Source of the DNA: a virus | IMG/VR virus record: IMGVR_UViG_3300025536_000005 | Span: 1 to 38,668 of that record | Reading direction: 5' to 3' (one strand) | Length of the DNA: 38,668 bases | In this document: one piece after another, positions 7,602 to 15,497 of the stretch | How positions within the stretch are numbered: the stretch's first letter is position 1 | Layout of the letters: the number at the start of each line of letters is the position of its first letter | Program-made: the position numbers and the translations under genes | The notes under the pieces: model-generated | Database searches by the model: none | The model's input: only the letters and a program-made list of their open reading frames with translations | Told to the model about the DNA's origin: nothing

Positions 7602-8273
7602 CTAGGCTGCATCGCCATCAGCTTCGATCAGCGCACGCAGCTCGGCGGCGGCGCGGTCTAGGTCTCCCAATGTGCGGCGAATGCGGGTGTCATGCTCGCC
7701 CTCTCCCAACGCTTCGACGGTCTGCTGCAATCGCTCGGCGTGTTTGCGCTGCTGCTCACGGCGTGCGGCCAGATCGTCAGCGATCATCGCGTCGACTTCG
7801 GCGCTCGGCATGACCGGCGCCTCACGGTCGAGGGCTTCGTCGGCGTTCTTCGTGTATCCGTGCGCTCGAGCGAGGAAGTTGTTGCCGCCTGCCGCCGGCA
7901 CTGGACGGTGCGGCCCGACACGCTCCCAGCGGATCAGCCACTTGTCGCCCTCCTGGGGCTCGGCGTGGGTGACGATGATCTTGATGCCCTTGCCATCCAC
8001 CGGTGGCAGCGGGTCGCCGCGCTCCCAGCCCTTCGGGTACTCGCGATACCGGAGAGTCGCCGTGGCGCCGACCGGATGCGGCGGACCGGACCTGCGGGCG
8101 CTGAACGTCTCGCGGTCGTGAATCTCGCCGTCCGGCTTTACGACGATCACGTTGCCGTTGACGAACCCGGTTTTGCTGACCGCGGGCTTCACGGTCTTGA
8201 GCTTGGCCATCCGCACGATCACCCACGGCTCGCCCTTGGCAACCGCGTCGTAGATTTCGCGGCGGACGATCAT
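7602..8273 (-). CDS. Hypothetical protein (223 aa) with C-terminal coiled coil
   Basis: Start MIVRREIYD at 8273 lies in an ATGA overlap. The frame is GC3-rich. Confidence 0.65.
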   Translation of the reverse strand: MIVRREIYDAVAKGEPWVIVRMAKLKTVKPAVSKTGFVNGNVIVVKPDGEIHDRETFSARRSGPPHPVGATATLRYREYPKGWERGDPLPPVDGKGIKIIVTHAEPQEGDKWLIRWERVGPHRPVPAAGGNNFLARAHGYTKNADEALDREAPVMPSAEVDAMIADDLAARREQQRKHAERLQQTVEALGEGEHDTRIRRTLGDLDRAAAELRALIEADGDAA

Positions 8274-8521
8274 GCGGCCTTCCGCCACTGCTCGGCCCCG
8301 GCATGAACGGCTTTGTACTCGTCGTGGTCGGCCGATGCGCTCGCGCCCTTCGGCTCAAATACGCGCCGCTCGACCAGCCCTTCGGCCAGCAGCGACTTCA
8401 ACCGATCGCGGACGTACGACTCGGCCATGCCGACCCCCAGCGCGATCTCATCGACGCGATACCAACCCCCGTTGTTGGCGAGGTAGGCAATGATGGTTGC
8501 GGCTTTGTCTGGCGCGCTCAT
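8270..8521 (-). CDS. Winged-helix DNA-binding protein (83 aa)
   Basis: MSAPDKAATIIAYLANNGGWYRVDEIALGVGMAESYVRDRLKSLLAEGLVERR. ATGA overlaps at both ends. Confidence 0.6.
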   Translation of the reverse strand: MSAPDKAATIIAYLANNGGWYRVDEIALGVGMAESYVRDRLKSLLAEGLVERRVFEPKGASASADHDEYKAVHAGAEQWRKAA

Positions 8522-8805
8522 CTGATCACCTTCCCGCACCGAAAACAAGTCGTCTTGCGGAGGCAGTACCGATCGAAGCGCGAGTCCTTGATCGCGTTGG
8601 CGCAGTTGCATCGCTCGGTGCTCGGCTTGCCGCGCATCGGTGACCGGCGGCGATCGATGTGAAGGTGTCGCGTCCAGTTGAAGGCTCGCTTGGTGCCGAT
8701 GCCGAGGATCGCTGCGATCTCTCGCGTCGAGTGGAACGGGCGAAGCTCGATCGCCATCTTCTTCTTCTCGTCGAGGGGCAGCGCGTGGAGGGCGATCTCG
8801 CTCAT
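8518..8805 (-). CDS. HTH protein with C-terminal Cys cluster (95 aa)
   Basis: STREIAAILGIGTKRAFNW is HTH-like, and CNCANA...CLRKTTCFRCG is a Cys cluster. ATGA overlaps at both ends. Confidence 0.6.
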   Translation of the reverse strand: MSEIALHALPLDEKKKMAIELRPFHSTREIAAILGIGTKRAFNWTRHLHIDRRRSPMRGKPSTERCNCANAIKDSRFDRYCLRKTTCFRCGKVIR

Positions 8806-9290
8806 GCCGCCGCCTTCTTTCCGTGGTAGCGCTCCCGCTGATGGGCGTTCCACCGCCTGCGGCCGTGCGGCGTCTTGCGCCATGTGTCGAACGTGTTGTT
8901 GCCCTGGGCGCGCTGGTTGGCCTGGCGGACGCGAGCGCGTTCTTTGCTGACCTCGTAGCCCTCTGGGTTCAGGTAGTCGTAGACCGTCGGCACGGCGACG
9001 ACCAGCACCTCGGCGATCTCTGCTGGCTTCATGCCGGCGGCTCGCATGGCACGAGCTCGTCTGGCTCGCAGTTCGCGCCGTTCGCTCCGTGAGAGCGGCT
9101 TGGATTCGGCCGGCGCATCGGTCGATGCCTGTAGCCGGTTGAGCCGTGCGCGGTAGTGAACGCGCGCCATGAGGTCGCCGCCGCCGAGATCATCGCGCGG
9201 CGGCTTGCCGCAGTTGTAACAGCGGACGGTGTTGTCGAGACGATCGCGGAAGAGCTGCGGCCCGTCGCACTTGCAGAGATCGGCCTTCAT
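8802..9290 (-). CDS. Zn-ribbon plus resolvase-type HTH DNA-binding protein (162 aa)
   Basis: CKCDG...CYNCG at the N-terminus and MKPAEIAEVLVVAVPTVYDYL as the HTH. Start at 9290 in an ATGA overlap. The upstream part of track ORF 8802..9560 is a different gene's frame. Confidence 0.65.
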   Translation of the reverse strand: MKADLCKCDGPQLFRDRLDNTVRCYNCGKPPRDDLGGGDLMARVHYRARLNRLQASTDAPAESKPLSRSERRELRARRARAMRAAGMKPAEIAEVLVVAVPTVYDYLNPEGYEVSKERARVRQANQRAQGNNTFDTWRKTPHGRRRWNAHQRERYHGKKAAA

Positions 9291-9556
9291 ACGTGCAGCC
9301 CCATCTGCTCGGATTCCTGTTCGGGCAATCCTTCGGTCAGAGCAGCGAGCCAGTCGTTGAACGCGGTCGCCCGGTCTTCGACGTCCGTGGCATGGTTGTA
9401 GGCGCGAGCCGCTGTTGCGAGATCGCGAGCCTGGTTGTCTGTGACCAGCACCTCGCCAACGTGTCGCTCGTCGGTGCATCGCTGCTGGCGGGTCGTGCGG
9501 GAGTATTCGCGATCGCCGAGCTTGCGACGGCCGCAGGTTTTGCAGATGGCGATCAC
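9287..9556 (-). CDS. Hypothetical 89-aa protein with N-terminal CxxC
   Basis: MIAICKTCGRRKLG.... ATGA overlaps at both ends. Confidence 0.6.
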   Translation of the reverse strand: MIAICKTCGRRKLGDREYSRTTRQQRCTDERHVGEVLVTDNQARDLATAARAYNHATDVEDRATAFNDWLAALTEGLPEQESEQMGLHV

Positions 9557-10788
9557 GCAACCGCCTCCGTCGAATGGTTCATCAACGGCGCGTCGTCACG
9601 GATGCGGTTGCGTGCGAGCTCGGCGTACTCGGGACTCAGCTCACAGCCGATGAACGAACGGTTGTGTCGAAGGGCGACCATGCCCGTCGTTCCTGATCCT
9701 GCAAAGGGGTCAAGCACCGTGTCGCCTTCGGCCGATCCCGCCAGCACACACGGCTCAATCAGGTCGGGTGGGAACGTGGCGAAGTGTGCGCCGCTGAATG
9801 GCTTGGTGCTGACAGTCCAGACGGAGCGCTTGTTGCGCTTCTCGAGCGCGCCGATTTCTGCGAGCCCGGCCTTGGTTCGGTGCCGCTCGTCGCCGGCCGT
9901 GTACGCGTCGGCGTACTTGCTGCGGTCCATGTTGCCGGGGCCATCAGGAAAGTTGGCCGGTTCCTTGATCGCCTCCGCGTCATAGAAGTACCGGCGCGAC
10001 TTGGAGAGCAGAAAGATGTACTCGTGCGCCTTGGTGCAGCGGTCCTCGACGGACTCGGGCATGGGGTTTGGCTTGTGCCAGATGATGTCTTGACGCACGT
10101 ACCAGCCGGTTTCCGTCGGGATCACCTTCGCCTCGCGGCGACCTGCAAGCGCGCAATCGATGCAGATGCGGTGCCCGTTTCGGATGGGCCAGAGGTCGGC
10201 GCGCATCTCTGTTTCGCATCCGCAGCACGTGGCAAATCCAGCGCGCAGGGCGAATGCGACCAACCAGGGGATCCCGATCAAGTCTTTCGGCTTCGACCCC
10301 GCGACCGGCGGACGCGGCCGAAGCGATGCTGCCTGGGCCTTCTGAACGGCTGCGGGATTTGAGAGCCGCGACTTGTCCCAGCCTTCGTCGCTGCCCTTCT
10401 GCCGAGCGTTGTACGAGTCGCCAAGGTTCAGCCAGACCGTTCCATCGTCGCGCAGCACACGGCGCACCTCGCGGAACACATCGACGACCGCTGCCACAAA
10501 CTCGTCGGGAGTGGGCTCGATGCCGATCTGCTGATCTATGCGAGTGGCCCCGCACTTGATGCAGGCCGAGCGCTCTCCACGCGTGACACGGCCGGCGAAT
10601 GACGCCTTGGCGTCGTGATCCGGCTTGACGATGGTGTGACCACATTCGGCGTCGCCACCATCCCATTCGGCCGTGCCGTAGTCGCGCAGCCCGAAGTACG
10701 GCGGGCTCGTCACGCACGTCTGCACCGACTGGTCGGCGAGCGTCTTCATCTGCTCGATGCAGTCGCCGGTGAGGATGCGCCAGGTCAT
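9553..10788 (-). CDS. DNA methyltransferase, beta-class (motif IV SPPY before motif I FAGSGTT); N4-C or N6-A
   Basis: VTSPPYFGLRDYG near the N-terminus, DIIWHKPNPMPES in the middle, and DPFAGSGTTG near the C-terminus. Confidence 0.9.
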   Translation of the reverse strand: MTWRILTGDCIEQMKTLADQSVQTCVTSPPYFGLRDYGTAEWDGGDAECGHTIVKPDHDAKASFAGRVTRGERSACIKCGATRIDQQIGIEPTPDEFVAAVVDVFREVRRVLRDDGTVWLNLGDSYNARQKGSDEGWDKSRLSNPAAVQKAQAASLRPRPPVAGSKPKDLIGIPWLVAFALRAGFATCCGCETEMRADLWPIRNGHRICIDCALAGRREAKVIPTETGWYVRQDIIWHKPNPMPESVEDRCTKAHEYIFLLSKSRRYFYDAEAIKEPANFPDGPGNMDRSKYADAYTAGDERHRTKAGLAEIGALEKRNKRSVWTVSTKPFSGAHFATFPPDLIEPCVLAGSAEGDTVLDPFAGSGTTGMVALRHNRSFIGCELSPEYAELARNRIRDDAPLMNHSTEAVA

Positions 10789-11405
10789 GCCGCCACCAGA
10801 TGCGACCAGGCGCGTCCTACACGAATGCGCGCAACATGTCCGGCGGAAAGTCCATATCGATCGGCGAGAGTCTCCGTCGGCTCGTCTGACTTGATGATCT
10901 CCCGCGCCTGCGCCTCGCTGATCTTCGCAATCGGATGGGCCTCGCCAGTCCGGGGCCAGTTCTCTTGCGCGGCGCGCATGATCTCTCCGATCTCAAGGCG
11001 GCGCTCCGCATGGTCTGGCGAGTGCGAGAAACAGAACTTCAACCCCGTGACCGGATCGCGTCGGCAGCCGTTGACCGAGCACTTGCGCGGAGGCCGAAGC
11101 GCGACGTTCATGCGGCCGAACTCGTTACGAATGGCCGCCCGTGCCGTGGCCGGGTTCGCGTAGCCCATCGCCTCCCAAACGGCTTCCGCGATCTCGGGAA
11201 TGTTGTGGCCCTGCGCGTAGGCTTCGACCACCTGAACGCGGCGAAGGTCTGTCCACTTGGATCGCTTGCCGTCCGATCGTCCCGGCTTGCGCACGACTGC
11301 CGAGAGTTCTACCTTGATCAACTCGCCGTCGCAATGGCGGCACCGCCGGTCGCCGGTGTAGACCGTGAGAGATCCGCAGGACTGGCAGGATGCTCGCTCG
11401 ATCAC
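10785..11405 (-). CDS. Zn-ribbon / HTH DNA-binding protein (possible transcription regulator)
   Basis: CQSCG...CRHCDG at the N-terminus. C-terminal KISEAQAREIIKSDEPTETLADRYGLSAGHVARIRVGRAWSHL is HTH-like. Confidence 0.65.
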   Translation of the reverse strand: MIERASCQSCGSLTVYTGDRRCRHCDGELIKVELSAVVRKPGRSDGKRSKWTDLRRVQVVEAYAQGHNIPEIAEAVWEAMGYANPATARAAIRNEFGRMNVALRPPRKCSVNGCRRDPVTGLKFCFSHSPDHAERRLEIGEIMRAAQENWPRTGEAHPIAKISEAQAREIIKSDEPTETLADRYGLSAGHVARIRVGRAWSHLVAA

Positions 11406-11989
11406 GCCCCCGCCCCCTCAATCGGCACGTAGTACCAGAACGTCGACCCCTCGATCGAGAACCGGAACTCGTGGGTGAACTCACCGAACCCAGCGGGGTA
11501 GCTCGGCAGGCCAGCAACCTTCCGAGCGTCCAACGCCTCGACCAACTCGATCCCGTCCTTGTTGTGGACGTCGCAGCCCGGCACCAGGTTGGCCGACATG
11601 TCGAGGATCTGTTGGAGGGTGATCGTCTCGTGGGCGACAATGTCGTCGCGCCGGAACAGTTGCGCGAGTGTGGCCGCCGCGCCGTTGCGCGTCGTCGGAA
11701 CCCAGAACTCCGAACCATGTTCACGGCAAGCGCCGTGCGGGTAGGTGTCGCGGATCAGTTCTTGACTGATGATGTGGCAGCGCTGCGGCTTGTCCCCGCA
11801 GTCACCCTCCATGAACCCGAGCAGTAGGCACCTTGCTGATCCGGTGAGTTCGGACTGCACCGATGCGTCGGCGCTCATCCTGGTCTGCTCGCGCTTCTTT
11901 TGGGCGAGGGGTTTGCGGACGGTGCCGAACGGTGCCTTCTGCTTTGGTTGGCGCTGGCCGGGTGCGCCTCTGCTGGATGCGACGCTCAT
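11402..11989 (-). CDS. Hypothetical Cys/His-rich protein (195 aa; may start at internal M38)
   Basis: Frame is GC3-rich in the C-terminal 150 aa. Contains CLLLGFMEGDCGDKPQRCHIISQ. ATGA overlaps. Confidence 0.55.
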   Translation of the reverse strand: MSVASSRGAPGQRQPKQKAPFGTVRKPLAQKKREQTRMSADASVQSELTGSARCLLLGFMEGDCGDKPQRCHIISQELIRDTYPHGACREHGSEFWVPTTRNGAAATLAQLFRRDDIVAHETITLQQILDMSANLVPGCDVHNKDGIELVEALDARKVAGLPSYPAGFGEFTHEFRFSIEGSTFWYYVPIEGAGA

Positions 11990-12189
11990 TCACACCACCC
12001 CGGCCCAAATCGTTCAGATCGACAGGCGTTCGACTGGGCTTCGCGGAATCGAGCGACCGCAGATGATTCCTTTCGGTGGTAGCGACGGGCGAGTACGCGG
12101 AGCGCGTGCGCGGCCACCATGCCGCTCCGGCCGAGCGCATTGATGCCCGACGCGATTCGCTCCACGGCTTCGGGGTTCACGCGAGTCAT
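11986..12189 (-). CDS. Hypothetical 67-aa protein, first gene next to attP
   Basis: ATGA overlap with the next gene. The first half is GC3-rich. Confidence 0.45.
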   Translation of the reverse strand: MTRVNPEAVERIASGINALGRSGMVAAHALRVLARRYHRKESSAVARFREAQSNACRSERFGPGWCE

Positions 12190-12318
12190 ACGCGCGCCAT
12201 ACCCGCGCCCACTTTCAGGCGCTTTTCGTCGCTTCTTGATGCGGCCGGATTCGGTGCTGAATCGCAGGCGGGAAGCGGGTTTACTGATGGGCGACGAGCG
12301 TGGGCCGGATGCGCTGAA

Positions 12319-12365
12319 AGGCGCTCATAATCCCTAGGTCGCAGGTTCGAGTCCTGCCCGGCCCA
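12319..12365 (+). other. attP core: 3' portion of a tRNA with CAU anticodon (Met or Ile2), from the anticodon loop to the discriminator base
   Basis: CTCATAA anticodon loop (12324-12330), AGGTC variable region, T-arm GCAGG-TTCGAGT-CCTGC, acceptor 3' strand CCGGCCC plus A. No D-arm and no complete anticodon stem. Lies 66 nt from the 3' end of int. Confidence 0.7.
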
Positions 12366-12430
12366 TCCCATTCCCAAGCGGTATTCGGCATGTTCCCCAG
12401 TCGCACGCACCACTGGGAATCCTACCAATG

Positions 12431-13504
12431 TCATACCACGGACAAAGCCTCGGCAATCGCTTTTGCGGGGTCGAAGTCCACGCCGCGCTCCAAGTCTGCG
12501 AAGACGTGCGCGTAGGTGTCGAGCGTCATGGTCGGCGCGTGACCCAGCTGGGCCGCGACGTAGGTGACGGGCTCGCCGGCATGGATCAAGAGGCTTGCGA
12601 ACGAATGGCGCAGCGTGTACGGGGTCGCTGTGATCCCGGCATCCCTCGCCGCGGGCGCGAAGATTCTGCGCGTCCAGTTCTGATAGTCGGTGTCGCGCCA
12701 CGGCTCCCCGTCGAAGCGCGGGAACAGCAGCCCGCGCCGCCCCGTCGCCAGCATCCACTCGCGCAGCTCCGATCCGAGCGGGGCCAGTAGGTCGACAGAT
12801 CGCACCTGCCGCGTCTTGGTTGCCTTGATGCGGCCGTTGGATACCGCCTGCTCGATCAGCAGGGTTTTCTTCTTGACGTGCTGGTCGGTCAGCGCCAAGG
12901 CTTCGCCCGGTCGGAGTCCGGCATAGGCGAGTAGGCGCGTCAAGACTTGATCCTCCGGGCGATCCATCTGGCGAACGATCGCTTCGACCTGCGCCGGGGC
13001 CAGTGGCCTCACTGACGGTTTCGGATCGGCGGTCGGCATCGGGATCGACGCTGCCTGATTGCCCCGGACGTATCCCCATTCGATTCCTCGGGCCAGAATC
13101 GACCGTAAGAGTGACAGCGCCCTGCGGCGCCCATCCGCGCTCACGCCTTGACGCTTCAACGTCGCCAGCCAATCCTCGATTACCGGAGCCGTCACCCGCA
13201 CGACCGGCGTTGTCCCCAGATACGGATTGATGTGCAGGTTCCACGTTCGCACGTAGCGGTTGCAGGTCGCAGGCTCGCGGTTCTCCCAGCGGCGGGTCTT
13301 GCACTCGTCGGCCAGCACTCCGAGCGGTTTCTTGCCAGCGTCGATCTGCGCAAGCTCCCCCATCTGCCGAGCATGAGAGACGTGCGCCGCCCATGCGCTC
13401 GCCATCGGCTTCTTGTCGAAGCTGCGTTGGCGCAGGTTGCCCGACTCGTCGCGCCACCTAACTCGCCACCTTCCCGAGGGCAAACGTTTGGGCTGCGGGG
13501 TCAC
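12431..13504 (-). CDS. int: Tyrosine integrase
   Basis: 357 aa carrying RPGEALAL, LRHSFAS, LGH and TYAHV (the R..HxxR..Y catalytic pattern). Adjacent to the tRNA fragment and xis. Confidence 0.9.
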   Translation of the reverse strand: MTPQPKRLPSGRWRVRWRDESGNLRQRSFDKKPMASAWAAHVSHARQMGELAQIDAGKKPLGVLADECKTRRWENREPATCNRYVRTWNLHINPYLGTTPVVRVTAPVIEDWLATLKRQGVSADGRRRALSLLRSILARGIEWGYVRGNQAASIPMPTADPKPSVRPLAPAQVEAIVRQMDRPEDQVLTRLLAYAGLRPGEALALTDQHVKKKTLLIEQAVSNGRIKATKTRQVRSVDLLAPLGSELREWMLATGRRGLLFPRFDGEPWRDTDYQNWTRRIFAPAARDAGITATPYTLRHSFASLLIHAGEPVTYVAAQLGHAPTMTLDTYAHVFADLERGVDFDPAKAIAEALSVV

Positions 13505-13715
13505 GCGGCAAATCTACCTTCTTGCGGCGGTCTGTCAAGTGAGACACCTTGCGCGACTCGATCCATGCCAGGGCGTCGTCCGGGTCGATGCGCCATCCGT
13601 TGCCGATCTTCGCCGCCGGCAACTTGCCCTCCCCGATCTCATGGCGCACGGTTTCCTCGCGGATCTTGAGCTTGGCCGCGAGATCTTTGACCGTCATGTA
13701 GTCGGGGACGCTCAC
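13458..13715 (-). CDS. xis: Excisionase-family HTH DNA-binding protein
   Basis: MTVKDLAAKLKIREETVRHEIGEGKLPAAKIGNGWRIDPDDALAWIE is typical of the MerR-like Xis family. Directly upstream of int, overlapping it by 47 nt. Confidence 0.7.
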   Translation of the reverse strand: MSVPDYMTVKDLAAKLKIREETVRHEIGEGKLPAAKIGNGWRIDPDDALAWIESRKVSHLTDRRKKVDLPRDPAAQTFALGKVAS

Positions 13716-13915
13716 CCCTCGGCCCTCCCTTTGGATGGGTCAAACAGTTCGGTTTTCTTTGTGTCGATGCGTCCTTTGCGGCGGCAGATTTTGCGCTTCA
13801 TTCGGGCGGTGGCTGACTTGCGGGTCAGGCCGTATGCGAACAGCCCCTCAAACCCGAACCGCGCATACGCCTCCCAGCCGATGATGATTCGCTTGGTTTC
13901 GATGCGATACATCAC
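13712..13915 (-). CDS. Hypothetical basic 67-aa protein
   Basis: Start overlaps the upstream stop (GTGATG). GTGA overlap with xis. Confidence 0.55.
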   Translation of the reverse strand: MMYRIETKRIIIGWEAYARFGFEGLFAYGLTRKSATARMKRKICRRKGRIDTKKTELFDPSKGRAEG

Positions 13916-14736
13916 TCACTCCCTTCGGAGAGGTAGTTACGGGCGGCGGCGGCATCACGCTCCAAGTCGGCAAGCACCATCGCATCCACACCGTCGCGTT
14001 CCCACACCGGATCGACCGCCGCACGTTCAAGGCAGGCGCTCGCCGATGCTTCCAGTTCCCTTAGTAGTTGGTTGGCTTGATCGGGGTTTGGTTTATCGAC
14101 TTCGGCTACGCCTACGTCCGGCGTCCCTGTCGCGTTCCCTTCGTCGGGGTTTGCTCGCGTGGCGGTTCGGATTGTGACTTCGACCGGCTCCATGAAGTTG
14201 AACACTGACCCGCCCGGGCCAGCCGCGCCCAAGTCCCACTCGCCGAGTCCCGCGAGATTTGGGTCGCCTTGGATTCCGCCTAGTACGAGCTGACTCCCGT
14301 GCTGGTCGCTCTCGTGATCCATGCGCTCCGCGAGAAACGTCACCGCCACGCGAGAGTCGTCGGCAGGGGTCACCACTTCGGACGCGCGACCATAATCCTT
14401 TCCGTTTGCTGCCCCACCCTCTGGGAGGGGTTCGGGGGAGGGTGTGTCGATGGGTTCACGGTTCTCTGGGTGTCCGGTGTCCAGCGGGAGACTGCGAATC
14501 GTGATCTCGACTTGGCCCATTTCCTCCGCGAAGCGCAGGGTGTCCAGTCGGCGTTCGTCGGCCTCGATCACTGCCTCGGCGTAGTGGCGGTTCGATCCGT
14601 CTCCGTAGCGGCGAAGGACTGCATTCACGATCCCGCCGTTGAAGCGCACGACCGGATTCAACGGATCAACGTCTTTCAAGTCTGGGCGAGTGGCTTCGCC
14701 GCCTGTCACCTTGTCATTCGGGATCGCGTCAGTCAT
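13912..14736 (-). CDS. Hypothetical acidic protein (274 aa)
   Basis: Start moved to ATG 14736 (MTDAIPNDK), preceded by AAAGGAAC. 8-nt ATGACTGA overlap with the upstream gene. Confidence 0.65.
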   Translation of the reverse strand: MTDAIPNDKVTGGEATRPDLKDVDPLNPVVRFNGGIVNAVLRRYGDGSNRHYAEAVIEADERRLDTLRFAEEMGQVEITIRSLPLDTGHPENREPIDTPSPEPLPEGGAANGKDYGRASEVVTPADDSRVAVTFLAERMDHESDQHGSQLVLGGIQGDPNLAGLGEWDLGAAGPGGSVFNFMEPVEVTIRTATRANPDEGNATGTPDVGVAEVDKPNPDQANQLLRELEASASACLERAAVDPVWERDGVDAMVLADLERDAAAARNYLSEGSE

Positions 14737-14905
14737 TGGGGGTTCCTTTCTTGGTGGCGGCGAACTGGCGCTCGACTCGCTTTCCGCACTTAGGACAGGT
14801 CGGGAAGTCGGGCCGTCCGTTGAAGTAGTCGTGGATCGTGTTTGCCCAGCGGACTTCTTCGGGGGTGATCTCCACACAGCACTTTTCGCAGACGTAGTTC
14901 CTCAT
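14729..14905 (-). CDS. Zn-ribbon protein (58 aa)
   Basis: MRNYVCEKCC...CPKCGKRVERQFAATKKGTPND. ATGA overlap at the start. Confidence 0.6.
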   Translation of the reverse strand: MRNYVCEKCCVEITPEEVRWANTIHDYFNGRPDFPTCPKCGKRVERQFAATKKGTPND

Positions 14906-15180
14906 GCGTCCTTCCCTTCTGTGGCCGCGTCTTCGTCGAAGTACCGCTTCGACCAGTCTGGTTCGGTGAAGCCACGCTCCAACGATCCGACCAATTCCTT
15001 GAAGTTCTTGCGCCCGATCTGTTTCGCCAGCGAACGGAGCGTCAGCCGCCCTTTGTGGCAAAACTCAACTTGGCCATGCTCCATCAGCCGAGCGAAGCGG
15101 TAAACGTCCGTGACGCCGACAATCTTGATCGTCAGCACCGGCTCGCCGAACTCGTTTTGTGTGACGCGCTTTTCGATCAC
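14902..15180 (-). CDS. Hypothetical 92-aa protein
   Basis: GTG start in a GTGA overlap (VIEKRVTQNEF...). GC3-rich. Confidence 0.55.
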   Translation of the reverse strand: MIEKRVTQNEFGEPVLTIKIVGVTDVYRFARLMEHGQVEFCHKGRLTLRSLAKQIGRKNFKELVGSLERGFTEPDWSKRYFDEDAATEGKDA

Positions 15181-15497
15181 GACGCCTTCCCTTCTGTGGG
15201 TGGATTTGATGTGGTGGCGGCAAGCGGCGTCCATCCGGACGGCTGCTCGTCGTAAGTGCCGAGGCCATACGGAGTCACCGGCCAGCGGCGAACGATCTCT
15301 TCCTTACCTGCATCCGTCGCGCTGATGATCTGCTTGTCGTGGTGAATCGTTGCCCAACCCAATCGCTCAAGCTCGCGAGCGGCCAGCCGGTCATCTTGGC
15401 TTCGAATGTGCGTCCAGCCGTACTTGTGCTGCGCAATGGCCCAAAGCAACTCGGCCATTGCCTCGGTGAACTCGATGACTTCTTCAAGGCCGCTCAC
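15177..15497 (-). CDS. Hypothetical 106-aa protein
   Basis: GTG start in a GTGA overlap (VSGLEEVIEFTEAM...). The N-terminal extension of the track ORF is Arg-rich junk. Confidence 0.55.
   Translation of the reverse strand: MSGLEEVIEFTEAMAELLWAIAQHKYGWTHIRSQDDRLAARELERLGWATIHHDKQIISATDAGKEEIVRRWPVTPYGLGTYDEQPSGWTPLAATTSNPPTEGKAS

Noticed and set aside
7287-7661. Plus-strand 124-aa ORF and minus-strand 101-aa ORF (7313..7618) in the long intergenic region
   Set aside because: Both have only intermediate GC3 (about two-thirds by hand count for the minus ORF, against clearly higher values in neighbouring genes). Neither has a convincing SD, and they overlap each other. A short HTH-like stretch (RPVSRIAQIFGVAKVRAVY) in the minus frame is not enough to call a gene.
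12302-12365. Possible complete (mini) tRNA gene: GGGCCGG acceptor 5' strand, GCGC-TGAAAG-GCGC hairpin, T-arm and CCGGCCC-A
   Set aside because: It is only 64 nt. After the first hairpin there are just 16 nt before the T-arm, so no complete anticodon arm can form. If the hairpin is read as an anticodon arm, its loop is 6 nt, and the 7-nt alternative is closed by a G-G mismatch. It is best explained as an attP tRNA 3' fragment, with the 5' complement fortuitous or att-related.
12186-13457. 423-aa minus-strand ORF overlapping the integrase gene in another frame
   Set aside because: The product is Arg/Pro/Gly-rich junk. The integrase frame carries the full tyrosine-recombinase catalytic pattern.
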